DNA from: Aminivibrio pyruvatiphilus
GTDB lineage: Bacteria > Synergistota > Synergistia > Synergistales > Aminobacteriaceae
Assembly: GCF_004366815.1 (NCBI RefSeq)
Contig: NZ_SORI01000015.1
Span: forward strand, 1,148 to 65,147
Length of the DNA: 64,000 bases
Direction of reading: 5' to 3'
Under the pieces are notes generated by a model. It did not search any database. It saw only the letters and a program-made list of their open reading frames with translations, and was not told the origin of the DNA. The position numbers and the translations under genes are program-made. Every line of letters starts with the position of its first letter. Positions within the stretch are counted from its first letter, which is position 1. Below, one piece after another: positions 7,920 to 17,956 of this stretch.

Positions 7920-9533
7920 ATGAAAATCCTTCGATCCGTTCTGCTTTTCTTCGCCGTTCTTTTTTCTGCCCTGATTACTTCATTTCCCCTGGAGGCTTTT
8001 TCCGTGTTTACCCGGCCTACCGGGGATGAATTCGCCCGGTTCCGGGAAAATCCGCCCTCAGGCCGGAATACCGCCGCCCATCCTCTGGGTTACCGGCCTT
8101 CGCCCCTGGACCTCTCCCATGTCCGGCCCTCCGCGTCTCTCAGGGGAGAACTGGACATCCTGGCGGCCGGGGCGGGAGGAGCCCCCGTCTTTCCCCGGAG
8201 CTTCGACCTGAGAGAACTGGGCGCCCTCACTCCGATGAGGGACCAGAATCCCTTCGGCACGTGCTGGGCCTTTGCTTCTCTGGCGTCCCTCGAGTCCACC
8301 TTCCTGAAGGCCGGGAAGGGGGCCTTCGACTTTTCCGAGTGGCACCTCGCGTATTTCGCCTACGTGGACGAGGATCCTTCTCTGCCCGCCTTCACGGCGA
8401 CCGCCCCGGGATTTGGCTCAGACCCCATTTTCGACCAGGGAGGGAGCGTATTCCAGGCGGCAGCCCTTCTTGCCCGGTGGACGGGGGCCGTGGCGGAATC
8501 GACCCGTCCGTACCAGAACACCAGCCCGTGGCCGGAATCCAGCAGGCCCCGCGCCTCCGACAGGGCGGCGAAGCGGCTGGAGAACGTCTTCCTGATCCAG
8601 GGTGAAGGATTACTGGACGAGGAGGCCGTCAAATACGCCCTGATGCGCTGGGGGGCGGTGAGTGTCCGGGTGGTCTGGGATGACGGCGCCTATTCCGAAG
8701 ATCACGCTTCCTTCTACAATGCTCCGGAATCAGGAGGCGGCCATATTGTGACCGTCGTCGGGTGGGACGACGATTTTCCGGCGGCGAATTTCGTTGCCGC
8801 TCCCGGCCGCGACGGGGCATGGATCGTTCGGAACAGCTGGGGTACCGGCTGGGGAGAAGAGGGGTATTTCTATCTTTCCTACGCCGAGCCGACCCTGGGC
8901 TATCCGGCGGTCTTTCTCGGCGGAGACGACACTGCATTCGACAGGATCTACCAGTACGACCCCCTCGGATGGGTGAATAATATAGGTGCCGGAGGCGAAA
9001 CGGCATGGTTCGCCAACATTTTTGAATCCCGGGGAAATGAAACCCTCGAGGCCGTATCCTTCTACGTTCCGGCACCCGACGCGTTTTTGCGGGTGGAGGT
9101 CCGGACGGGAGTGGCGCGGGACGACCCAGGGAGCGGCGAACTGGTCTCCGTGATGGAGGATATCCTGGGACCGTCGGGTTACCACACGGTGCGTCTTTCC
9201 AGGAGTGTTCCGCTGTCGGGAGGCCGGAGATTTTCCGTGGCGGTGAGGGTTACCACGCCGGGGTTTCTCAATCCCGTCGCGGTGGAATCCCGGGAAATCG
9301 GCTACAGCGACAAGGCGGACGCGGAACCGGGGCAGAGCTTCATCAGTTCGGACGGGGTATCCTGGAACGACCTGACGACCCTTCCCGGTCACGGAAATTC
9401 CAATGTCTGCCTGAAGGCCTTCACTTCCGTTTCCTCGTCCGGCGGCGGGTGCTCCTTTGGGGGAGAATCCGGAGTTTCCGGTCTTCTGCTCCTTCTGCCC
9501 CTGGTTCCGGTGCTCTGGAGGCGGAGGAAGTAA
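7920..9533 (+). CDS. Secreted papain-like cysteine peptidase (C1A family) with C-terminal extension and a GGGC-TM-RRRK sorting tag
   Basis: Catalytic Cys block DQNPFGTCWAFASLASLE. His block GGGHIVTVVGWDDD. Asn block NSWGTGWGEEGYFYLSY. Signal peptide present. Tail SSGGGCSFGG...LLLLLPLVPVLWRRRK. Confidence 0.85.
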   Translation: MKILRSVLLFFAVLFSALITSFPLEAFSVFTRPTGDEFARFRENPPSGRNTAAHPLGYRPSPLDLSHVRPSASLRGELDILAAGAGGAPVFPRSFDLRELGALTPMRDQNPFGTCWAFASLASLESTFLKAGKGAFDFSEWHLAYFAYVDEDPSLPAFTATAPGFGSDPIFDQGGSVFQAAALLARWTGAVAESTRPYQNTSPWPESSRPRASDRAAKRLENVFLIQGEGLLDEEAVKYALMRWGAVSVRVVWDDGAYSEDHASFYNAPESGGGHIVTVVGWDDDFPAANFVAAPGRDGAWIVRNSWGTGWGEEGYFYLSYAEPTLGYPAVFLGGDDTAFDRIYQYDPLGWVNNIGAGGETAWFANIFESRGNETLEAVSFYVPAPDAFLRVEVRTGVARDDPGSGELVSVMEDILGPSGYHTVRLSRSVPLSGGRRFSVAVRVTTPGFLNPVAVESREIGYSDKADAEPGQSFISSDGVSWNDLTTLPGHGNSNVCLKAFTSVSSSGGGCSFGGESGVSGLLLLLPLVPVLWRRRK

Positions 9534-9536
9534 AAC

Positions 9537-10060
9537 CGGGATCCCTCCCCTCCGGGGATGCTCCGCGATCGCATTCGCTCGGGATGACATCAGTTTCTGT
9601 CGTCCTGAGCAACGCGAAGGACCTCGATTTTGATTCTGCTCTCTCTAAAGGATACTTCGCGAGCGCATTTGTTTGTCATCCCGAACGACCGAAGGGCGGA
9701 GGGATCTCGGCTTTGGTTCCGAGTGCCGTCAACCCCGAGATCCCTCCCCCTCCGGGGATGCTCGGCATTGGTTTGTCATCCCGAACGACCGAAGGGCGGA
9801 GGGATCTCGGCTTTGGTTCCGAGTGCCGTCAACCCCGAGATCCCTCCCCTCCGGGGACGCGATCGGCCATGGTGCCGGCCTCGGGATGACAAGCCACTTC
9901 GCTCGGGATGACAGATCGGTCGGTGTCATTTTTTAGTTGTCATTCCGAGGAGCGGTTTTGGCGACGAGGAATCTCGCTTTGGATTCCAGGCGGACTCAAC
10001 CCGAGATCCCTCGGCCAAAAACCCGACCTCGGGATGACACCTTTTAGAGAATTCCATGCC
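9537..10060. repeat. Intergenic repeat array, same family
   Basis: Repeated blocks TTTGTCATCCCGAACGACCGAAGGGCGGAGGGATCTCGGCTTTGGTTCCGAGTGCCGTCAACCCCGAGATCCCTCCCC(C)TCCGGGG at ~9668-9760 and ~9772-9860. Confidence 0.8.
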
Positions 10061-10089
10061 GTTTTTATTGAAAAAGGAGAGACCCTTCA

Positions 10090-11757
10090 ATGAGACTGAC
10101 CCGTTCCATTCTTTTCGCTGCCGCATGCATTTTCCTGCTTTCTCCGGATCTGTCCGCTTCAGAAAAGTGGAGAACTGCCCCTCTCAACACCGAGTTTTTG
10201 GCTCACCGTTCAGGGATGAGCTTCAATCTCCATTCTATGGGTGGACCGGGCAGGATGAATACGGCCCATCGGCGGATGCTCGGAGAAGTACCTTCCCCCC
10301 TCGACCTTTCCCACGTGAGGGCTCCCGTGCATTTTTCCGGTATCCGGGGGGGAGGCGACGTGTCTGCCTCCGCCGTCTCCTTCCCTTCGTCCTTCAGCCT
10401 CCCCGCTGAGGGGCGGATGACGCCGATACGGGACCAGGCGCCCTACGGAACCTGCTGGGCTTTCGGCGCTTTTGCTTCCCTCGAGTCCTTTTTTGCCGGC
10501 CAGGGGGAGGAGAACCTTGATTTTTCGGAGTGGCATCTCGCCTATTTCGCCTATGTGGACGAAGGGGAGGGACTGCCGGGATTCACACAACACCTGGACC
10601 CCCAGTTCGGGGGAGACCCCGTTTTCGACCAGGGGGGAAACGCATGGAAGTCCGCTGCACTTCTCGCCCGCTGGACCGGCGCAGTGGCGGAAGCCGACCG
10701 GCCCTACCAGAACGTCACCCCCTGGCCGGAGGAAAGCAGGCCCCTCTCATCGGACAGAGCGGCGAAGAGGCTCGAGCACGTTCTTTACCTCGGCTCGGCG
10801 CCCGATATGGACAGCATAAAATACGCCCTCACCCACTACGGAGCCGTTCGCATCGGCGTCAGATGGCCTTACTGGGATTTTGAACACGAGGTGCTCAGCC
10901 CTTCCTTCGCCTTTTACAACTACGATCCTGTCGGTTTTCAGAGCGGAGGCCATGCGGTGGCCATTGCCGGTTGGGACGACGATTACCCCGCGGCCAATTT
11001 CGTTGGGGATCCTGGACGGAACGGCGCCTGGCTGGTGAAGAACAGCTGGGGGGAAGCATGGGGAAATGACGGGTATTTCTGGGTTTCCTACGCCGACCCC
11101 ACGCTGAACAGCCCGTCGGCGTACATCGGTGGAGAAGCGGACATCTTCGATTCCGTCTACCAGTACGACCCGCTTGGATGGGTGAACGATTACGGCGCCG
11201 GGAACGAGACTGCCTGGTTCGCCAACGTCTTTGCCGCTTCGGAAGGGCGCCCCGGGCTGGCCGAGGTACTTCGGGCAGTTTCCTTTTATTCGGCAGCCAC
11301 GGAGAGTTCGTATCGCATTGAGATCAGGCGGAACGTGTCCCGTTCCGCTCCTTTTGAAGGCGTCCCGGTGTCCGTGAAGGAGGGGGTTTTGGGACCGTCA
11401 GGCTATCATACGGTTCGGCTAGACAGGGAGGTCTTTCTCTCCCCGGGCAATCTTTTTTCCGTGGCGGTGAAGATCACCACTCCGGGCTACGCCTATCCCG
11501 TACCTCTCGAATCATCGGAAGCCGGCTACAGCGACAAGGCGGATGCTGGACCGGGGCAGAGCTTCATCAGCGCCGACGGGGTTTCCTGGAACGATTTGAC
11601 GGCTCTTCCCGGGCACGAAAAGTCCAACGTCTGCCTGAAGGCCTTCACTTCCTTCGCAGAAAATTCCGGGGGCGGCTGCTCCCTGGGAGGAGGCGGGTTC
11701 GCAGGTCTTCTGCTCCTTCTGCCCCTGGTGCCGGTGCTCAGGAAGCGGGGGAAATAA
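10090..11757 (+). CDS. Secreted papain-like cysteine peptidase (C1A family), paralog of 7920-9533, with the same C-terminal sorting tag
   Basis: DQAPYGTCWAFGAFASLES; GGHAVAIAGWDDD; NSWGEAWGNDGYFWVSY. Tail NSGGGCSLGGGGFAGLLLLLPLVPVLRKRGK. Confidence 0.85.
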   Translation: MRLTRSILFAAACIFLLSPDLSASEKWRTAPLNTEFLAHRSGMSFNLHSMGGPGRMNTAHRRMLGEVPSPLDLSHVRAPVHFSGIRGGGDVSASAVSFPSSFSLPAEGRMTPIRDQAPYGTCWAFGAFASLESFFAGQGEENLDFSEWHLAYFAYVDEGEGLPGFTQHLDPQFGGDPVFDQGGNAWKSAALLARWTGAVAEADRPYQNVTPWPEESRPLSSDRAAKRLEHVLYLGSAPDMDSIKYALTHYGAVRIGVRWPYWDFEHEVLSPSFAFYNYDPVGFQSGGHAVAIAGWDDDYPAANFVGDPGRNGAWLVKNSWGEAWGNDGYFWVSYADPTLNSPSAYIGGEADIFDSVYQYDPLGWVNDYGAGNETAWFANVFAASEGRPGLAEVLRAVSFYSAATESSYRIEIRRNVSRSAPFEGVPVSVKEGVLGPSGYHTVRLDREVFLSPGNLFSVAVKITTPGYAYPVPLESSEAGYSDKADAGPGQSFISADGVSWNDLTALPGHEKSNVCLKAFTSFAENSGGGCSLGGGGFAGLLLLLPLVPVLRKRGK

Positions 11758-11759
11758 AA

Positions 11760-12340
11760 TCGAGATCCCGAGCATTCGCTCGGGATGACAGTAGTTTCTG
11801 TCGTCCTGAGCAACGCGAAGGACCTCGATTTTGATTCTGCTCTCTCTAAAGAACGTTCCGCGATCTCATTTGTTTGTCATCCCGAACGACCGAAGGGCGG
11901 AGGGATCTGCCCTCTGGTTCTGAGTGACGTCAAACCCGAGATCCTCCCCCTCCGGGGATGCTGCGCGATCGCTGCGCTCAGGATGACAAACCGCTGCGCT
12001 CAGGATAACAAACAAGGCTGTCATCCTGAGGGTTGCTTCACCGCCCGAAGGATCTCGGTTTTGATTCTCGCTTTTTTGGTTTTACCGGATTCCAACCCGA
12101 GATCCTTCGCTGCGCTCAGGATGACAACAGTTTCTGTCGTCCTGAGCAACGCGAAGGACCTCGGTTTTGATTCTGCTCTCTCTCAAGGATGCTCCGCGAT
12201 CTCATTTGTTTGTCATCCCGAACGACCGAAGGGCGGAGGGATCTCGCCTTTGGTTCTCGGGGTTGGTTTTTTGTGGATTTTAAGGGCGAGATCCTTCGCT
12301 GCGCTCAGGATGACAAACCGCTGCGCTTAGGATGACAGCT
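11760..12340. repeat. Intergenic repeat array, same family
   Basis: AGTTTCTGTCGTCCTGAGCAACGCGAAGGACCTCG(A/G)TTTTGATTCTGCTCTCTC...ATTTGTTTGTCATCCCGAACGACCGAAGGGCGGAGGGATCT block occurs at ~11785-11905 and ~12125-12245. Terminal GCTCAGGATGACAA copies. Confidence 0.8.
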
Positions 12341-12342
12341 TT

Positions 12343-13752
12343 TTACTTCTTCCTTCTCATCAGCAGGCCGAGAGGAAGCAGGAGAAGTGCCAGGGCCGGA
12401 GCGGCTCCACCCGTCGCATTGCATCCGCCGCCGCCCCACTCCTCGGTCGGGGAGGCGCTTGCCATGGCGGCCTGGAGATTGAGGTATCCTCCCGTGGCGA
12501 CCTGGCCGGAGAGATGGGAAGTCTTCGTCACGTTCCCGAGGATTCTGCTCCTGATCTTCCATGCCGCTTCCGACGGATACCTGGCCGCCAAAAGGGCTGC
12601 CGCACCTGACACATGGGGTGTGGCCATGGAGGTGCCGTTCAGTTCCCTGTATCCTCCGTCGTGGTAGGTGCTCCAGATACCCACTCCGGGAGCCGCCAGG
12701 TGAACGTAGCGGGAGCCGTAATTATAGGCCCGGTAGCCGCTTGAATTGATCGCGGTGACGGTGATCATGTTACTTTCATCGAAAGAGGCGGGGTAAGGAC
12801 GTTCTCCGTCGATGGGGTTGTCTATGTTGTACCCATCGTTTCCGGCGGCGAAAACGAGAAGAATTCCCTGGTCCGCTGCGGCCCTGCAGGCAGTTCGCAG
12901 CGTCGTGACGGCGCTGCTGTAGGGCGAAACCCATCCAGCCAGGGAAAGGTTGGCGACACGGATGTTGCGGCCATTTCTCTTTTGCGCTGTTATATAATCC
13001 AGACCCTGGGCTACAGAGCCAAAGGTTCCGTCCCCATTCGAGTCAAGTACTTTGACCGCCAGGAGGCTCACTTGCCAGTTGACACCGGTGACACCCCTGC
13101 CATTATTGCCCACGGCGCCGATGGTCCCGGCGACATGAGTGCCGTGGCCGTTATCGTCCATGGGGTTGTTGTCATTGTTCCAAAAATCCCAGCCGTAGCG
13201 GCCGGAGAGGTCCCTTCCCATATTGGCCGCGAGGTCTTCGTGGTTGTAGTTGATCCCGCTGTCAAGGACGGCCACGTAGACGCTCCTGCTGCCCACGGAC
13301 CTGTCCCATGCCGCAGGGGCACGGATGGTGTTCAAACCCCATAGACTGTTGTTCGTATAGTATGGATCGTTTGGCGTCCGGGTGGCGTAAACCCGGTAAT
13401 TGGGCGACGCGGCGAGGACGGCAGGATTTCCCTCCAGGGCCTGCAGCAGTTCCTCCGTGGTCTTTTCCCCGCTTCTCAGAAGAACGATGTCCTTTCCCGT
13501 GACCTCGGCTATGGCGGGGGTGGAACTCACCGCCTGCGCCCCGGCGGAAGCCGCCACTTTTGCCGCCGAAGCGGAAAGGGCCTGGCGGAATGCGGCGGCG
13601 CTTACAGATTCGGCCGTAACCGGGGCCTTCAGGAGGACGAGGACTTCTCCTTCAGGGTAGTCATTATTTCCTTCCCGAAGCTCCGAGGCGCCCGCCACAG
13701 AGGCCAGTCCCAGAAGGACAACCAGGGCGACGATTCTTCCGACTCTCCTCAT
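12343..13752 (-). CDS. Secreted subtilisin-like serine peptidase (S8 family) with a GGGGC-TM-RRKK C-terminal sorting tag
   Basis: Catalytic triad blocks VAVLDSGINYNHEDL (Asp), HGTHVAGTIGA (His) and GTSMATPHVSGAAALL (Ser). Signal peptide MRRVGRIVALVVLLGLASVAGA. Start assigned at the Met following an RBS. Tail GGGGCNATGGAAPALALLLLPLGLLMRRKK. Confidence 0.85.
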   Translation of the reverse strand: MRRVGRIVALVVLLGLASVAGASELREGNNDYPEGEVLVLLKAPVTAESVSAAAFRQALSASAAKVAASAGAQAVSSTPAIAEVTGKDIVLLRSGEKTTEELLQALEGNPAVLAASPNYRVYATRTPNDPYYTNNSLWGLNTIRAPAAWDRSVGSRSVYVAVLDSGINYNHEDLAANMGRDLSGRYGWDFWNNDNNPMDDNGHGTHVAGTIGAVGNNGRGVTGVNWQVSLLAVKVLDSNGDGTFGSVAQGLDYITAQKRNGRNIRVANLSLAGWVSPYSSAVTTLRTACRAAADQGILLVFAAGNDGYNIDNPIDGERPYPASFDESNMITVTAINSSGYRAYNYGSRYVHLAAPGVGIWSTYHDGGYRELNGTSMATPHVSGAAALLAARYPSEAAWKIRSRILGNVTKTSHLSGQVATGGYLNLQAAMASASPTEEWGGGGCNATGGAAPALALLLLPLGLLMRRKK

Positions 13753-13789
13753 TATTTCCACCTTCTTTCTTTTGGGGCTCTGAATGCTC

Positions 13790-14213
13790 TCTAGTGCGAG
13801 ATTCCAAGGGCGAGATCCTTCCCTTCCGGGGATGCTCCTCCCTCCGCTTCGCTTGGGTGCTGCGCGAGCGCGATCGCATTCGCCCGGGATGATAAGGCGA
13901 GACGAGAACAAGCCAAAGCGAGAACAAGCCAAAGCGAGAACAAGCCAAAGCGAGAACAAGCCAAAGCGAGAACAAGCCAAAGCGAGATCCTTCGCTGCGC
14001 TCAGGATGACAATCCAAGGGCAAGATCCTTCCCCTCCGGGGATGCTTCGCGATCGCTTCGCTCAGGATGATAAACCGCTTCGCTCGGGATGATAAACAAG
14101 ACTGTCATCCTGAGGCCGGTTTTTTGGCCGAAGGATCTCGGGGTTGACTCTGAATGAAGTAAACCCGAGATCCTCCCCCTTCGGCGATGGCGCCTGCCTC
14201 GGGATGACAACTC
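13790..14213. repeat. Intergenic repeat array containing a 16-bp tandem repeat (GAGAACAAGCCAAAGC x5.5, 13905-13990) upstream of the S8 peptidase gene
   Basis: The 16-mer recurs head-to-tail. It is flanked by CGAGATCCTTCCCCTCCGGGGATGCT and GCTCAGGATGACAA family modules. Confidence 0.8.
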
Positions 14214-16163
14214 TTACCAGCCGCCGCCCCCGCCCCCGCCGCCTCCGCCTCCGGACGAGCCGCCGCCTCCGCTGCCGCTTGACGAACCGGGCGCCTGGGA
14301 GGCCGACGCTATGGTGGACGACATGGAGGACGCCAGCGAGGCCACTGCCCCTCCGGTGTAGAAGTTCGCCGCGGAGGGTCCCGAGTACCAGTCGGGCTGG
14401 TACTGCTGCTGTCTGAGGATATCCTCGAAGCGGTCCGCCCACGTTTCCGCCGTGTCCAGGGCGAAAGCGTAGGGAAGGAGCTTTTCAAAGACCTCCGGCG
14501 TTTCCTCCGGCGGGTTGAACATTTCCAGCCGGTGCCGCTCGGCGGTGCCCATGTACATGGCCAGGCCGTCTGCCTCGTTCAGCACGTCGTTTCCTTTCTC
14601 CGTCCTGACCGTCATGAGCTCCCGGAAGACCAGGATCATCAGTCCGGCCGCCAGGGGCGGCACGAGGAGCCATCCGCTCACCTCTGTGAGGGCGGCCAGG
14701 AAGAGAAGGGTGATGATCGTCGCGAATATGGCCGGGATGAAGGCCGTGATGATTTTCCGGAGAATGCGTCCCCTGCTCCTGATTCGTTTCCAGGCGAAGA
14801 TGTAGAGTGCTCCCGCTGCGAGGATTCCGCCCACGGCAAAGACGGAGAGCAGGGCGCCGTCCTCCTGGCCGCCCCAGGCGAGAAGGGCGTAGATCAGGAC
14901 GGGGATGAGAAACCCCGCCGCCCATATGAGGGTGTTTTTTGAGAAAAGTGACTTTGAGGCGTCCGACCAGGAGGCTTCCAGGGTTTCCTTCGCCTTGCCG
15001 AGGATTTCATGGTTGTCCTGGACGAGATGGAGCTCTTTTCTTCCCCGGGCAAAAAGGGCGTTGAAAAGCCGTGATTCCTCCTTCGAGGGAGTTGTCTTCC
15101 ATCCTTCCCTGGGAAGGGACACAAGGGCGTATCGTTTCCCGGCAAGCTTGGAAGCCAGGGACACCACGCCCCGCAGCAGGCTCTTTTTCCCTATTTCGCC
15201 CTGCCGCTCCATGGCCTCCTCGAGGGACATCTCCTCGATTTTGAGGAAGCCCCTGACCGCCAGGTTCAGGATTTCAGCGGTGAAGCAGGAGTTGTCCATG
15301 CCCATCCGCCTGACGAAGCGGAGGAAGCCCGGTCCGTTGCCTGCCGTGGGGCTGAAGAGGGGGATCACCGGTTTTCTCGGGGGATCCTTCCCCCAGCGGA
15401 TCCAGGCGAGGGCGTAGTACAGGAGCAGCAGAAGGGGAACGCTCCAGAAAAATACAGTGCCGAAGCGGTCGAAGAGGGCATAGCGGATGGGCGGTTTCGG
15501 CTTTTCCACGATGCCCTTGGGCCAGGTATAGGCCACGGTCAGGCCTTCACCGGGGGCAAGACGCCGGGTGGTCTCCACCGAGTTGTCGGGGAGGATGCGG
15601 GCATCCTGTCCACGGGCTCCCTGGGGGCCTGTATAGATATCGACGGACGAAAAGGGGACATTGCCCGGCAGCGAGGCGGAAAAGCGGGCTTTCAGTATGG
15701 GGAAGACCCAGTCGTTTCCGGTGACGTTCCAGTAGAGTTCGTCGTGTTCATCGAAAAAACCGAGCTGGCCGGTGGTCACGTAGACGAGAGTGTAAGTCTG
15801 CTCGCCGAGGGGGGCATTTCCTTTCGGGTCTCCGAGGTAAACCCGGACGCCGTTGGAGCGGGATTCGGTGCTGTAGGGAACCCGTTTTCCGTTGAGAAGG
15901 GCTTCTTCAACGGAAAATCCGACCCGGACGGTTTTGCCGGAACTGTCCGTGTAGGTGGTGGGAAAGTCCCGGAAAATGCCTTTCCGGATACGCACTCCTT
16001 CCACGCGGACGGTGATGTCTTCCCGTACTTCGAGGGAAGCGTCCCCGCGGACGGAAGCCGAAGAGGAAAAAAGGAGAATGGCCTCCTCAGCCCCGGAAGG
16101 CCGGGGGAGGAGCACCAGGGCCAGCGCGAGAAGCGCCGGCGCAAGTTTGCGGAACAATACCAT
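14214..16163 (-). CDS. DUF2207 domain-containing membrane protein
   Basis: 649 aa. Signal peptide, large N-terminal extracytoplasmic domain, central TM helices, and a Gly/Ser-rich tail (...[22 protein letters not shown]) typical of DUF2207. Adjacent to LemA, a conserved pairing. Confidence 0.7.
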   Translation of the reverse strand: MVLFRKLAPALLALALVLLPRPSGAEEAILLFSSSASVRGDASLEVREDITVRVEGVRIRKGIFRDFPTTYTDSSGKTVRVGFSVEEALLNGKRVPYSTESRSNGVRVYLGDPKGNAPLGEQTYTLVYVTTGQLGFFDEHDELYWNVTGNDWVFPILKARFSASLPGNVPFSSVDIYTGPQGARGQDARILPDNSVETTRRLAPGEGLTVAYTWPKGIVEKPKPPIRYALFDRFGTVFFWSVPLLLLLYYALAWIRWGKDPPRKPVIPLFSPTAGNGPGFLRFVRRMGMDNSCFTAEILNLAVRGFLKIEEMSLEEAMERQGEIGKKSLLRGVVSLASKLAGKRYALVSLPREGWKTTPSKEESRLFNALFARGRKELHLVQDNHEILGKAKETLEASWSDASKSLFSKNTLIWAAGFLIPVLIYALLAWGGQEDGALLSVFAVGGILAAGALYIFAWKRIRSRGRILRKIITAFIPAIFATIITLLFLAALTEVSGWLLVPPLAAGLMILVFRELMTVRTEKGNDVLNEADGLAMYMGTAERHRLEMFNPPEETPEVFEKLLPYAFALDTAETWADRFEDILRQQQYQPDWYSGPSAANFYTGGAVASLASSMSSTIASASQAPGSSSGSGGGGSSGGGGGGGGGGGW

Positions 16164-16192
16164 GGATGCGCCTCCTCCGTCTTCGGTGGAGC

Positions 16193-16744
16193 CTAGAAAG
16201 AGACTTTCGGGGCGGTCTTCTCTTCCTCCGCAGCCTCGAAGTAATCGGCCTTTTCGTAGCCGAACTTCTGGGCGATCAGCACTGCCGGGAAGGTGGCGAT
16301 GGAGATGTTGTAGTCCCTCGCGGCGCCGTTGTAGTACCGCCTGGACATCTGGATGTCGTTCTCCAGGGAGGCGAGCTGCTCCTGGAGCTGCATGAAATTC
16401 GTGTTGGCCTTCAGTTCGGGGTAGTTTTCCGCCACCGCGAAAAGGGTCTTCAGGGCGCCGGAAAGCATGTTCTCCGACTCGACCCGTTCGCCCACGGACT
16501 GGGCGTGGCTGATGGCCGACCGTGCCTCGGTGACCTTTTCGAAGACTTCCTTCTCGTGGGAGGCGTAGCCTTTCACGGCCTCCACGAGGTTGGGAACCAG
16601 GTCAAAACGCCTCTTGAGCTGGACGTCGATGCCGCTCCACGCTTCGTTCTTGAGGTTCTGCATCCTGATGAGCCTGTTGTAGACAGAGACGGCCCAAAAA
16701 ACAACGCCAGCGATAAGTGCGAGAAGAACCAGCAACACGATCAT
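16193..16744 (-). CDS. lemA: LemA family protein
   Basis: Single N-terminal TM helix ([25 protein letters not shown]) followed by the LemA core. Start set at the Met preceded by RBS GGGAGGGG; the upstream in-frame Met at 16795 is an alternative. Confidence 0.8.
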   Translation of the reverse strand: MIVLLVLLALIAGVVFWAVSVYNRLIRMQNLKNEAWSGIDVQLKRRFDLVPNLVEAVKGYASHEKEVFEKVTEARSAISHAQSVGERVESENMLSGALKTLFAVAENYPELKANTNFMQLQEQLASLENDIQMSRRYYNGAARDYNISIATFPAVLIAQKFGYEKADYFEAAEEEKTAPKVSF

Positions 16745-16879
16745 GAAAAAACCCCTCCCAGACGGAAAGATGGAATTAAAAAACCTTCCGATCATTCTAC
16801 ACCAAAGGGCAGGCCGACCGGAAGGTATTTTCTTTGTTTTTTTGCCTCATGTCGTGGGGAAAGAAGGGGAGTTCTTGGT

Positions 16880-17400
16880 GAGGTAATCCTGAGGGCGTTT
16901 TCGGATTGTCATCCTGAGGAGCGTAGCGAGGAAGGATCTCGGGATTGACTCTGAATGGAGTAAAAATCGAGATCCTTCCCCTCCGGGGATGCTTCACGAT
17001 CGGCCATGGAGCCGGCCTCGGATGACAAACAGGGGCGAGATCCTTCGCTGCGCTCAGGATGACAAAGCAAAAGCATGATGGCAAACTGCTGCGTTCAGGA
17101 TGACAAACAGGGGCGAGATCCTTCGCTGCGCTCAGGATGACAAAGCAAAGAGCATGATGGCAAACTGCTGCGTTCAGGATGACAAACAGGGGCGAGATCC
17201 TTCGCTGCGCTCAGGATGACAGAGCCGCTGCGCTCAGGATGACAAAGCAAAAGCATGATGGCAAACTGCTGCGTTCAGGATGACAAACAGGAGCGAGATC
17301 CTTCGCTGCGCTCAGGATGACAGAGCCGCTGCGCTCAGGATGACAGAGCCGCTGCGCTCAGGATGACAGGCTATTCGGGACGACAAGGTCCTTTGAAGGT
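16880..17400. repeat. Repeat array with ~83-bp tandem units (3+ copies) and reiterated 23-bp GATGACAGAGCCGCTGCGCTCAG sub-units
   Basis: CAAACAGGGGCGAGATCCTTCGCTGCGCTCAGGATGACAAAGCAAAAGCATGATGGCAAACTGCTGCGTTCAGGATGA repeats head-to-tail across 17027-17300. Confidence 0.85.
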
Positions 17401-17939
17401 CAGAGATACCTCCGGATTTCGTCCAGAGACTTCCGTTTCTTCGGCGGGAGGTAGTCCTCGTCGGGCGGGTAGCCCAGGGACAGCATGAGGTCGATCTTCG
17501 CCTGCCGGGGCAGGGCCAGCTCCCGCTTCACGGCCTTTTCGTCCAGCCAGCCGAACATGCAGGTTCCCAGGCCCAGTTCCGCCGCCTGGAGGGACAGGTG
17601 CTCGCAGGCTATGGCCACGTCCATGACGCTGAACTGGATGCCCCGGAAAAAGCCCCCCATGGACGCGGCGTACCCGGACCGTTCGGTGAGGACGGTGATG
17701 AGTACCGGGGCATTGGCCGCGAAGGAATTCATGGAGTAGATTCCGCTGAAAGCCGCCTTTGCCAGGGAAGCCACCTTTTCAGGGGTGTTGGCCACCAGGA
17801 AGGTCCACGGCTGGGAGTTGCAGGCCGACGGGGCGAGCCTGGCGGCTTCGAGACATTTGTCGATGACCGCCCCGGCCACGTGAAAGGACGAGTATTTCCT
17901 GAGGCTGTATCGTTTTCTCACCAGGTCGACGAAATCCAT
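17400..17939 (-). CDS. Nitroreductase family protein
   Basis: MDFVDLVRKRYSLRKY...PSACNSQPWTFLVANTPEKVASLAKA; nitroreductase fold motifs. Confidence 0.8.
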   Translation of the reverse strand: MDFVDLVRKRYSLRKYSSFHVAGAVIDKCLEAARLAPSACNSQPWTFLVANTPEKVASLAKAAFSGIYSMNSFAANAPVLITVLTERSGYAASMGGFFRGIQFSVMDVAIACEHLSLQAAELGLGTCMFGWLDEKAVKRELALPRQAKIDLMLSLGYPPDEDYLPPKKRKSLDEIRRYL

Positions 17940-17956
17940 GGTCTGCCCTCCCCTCC

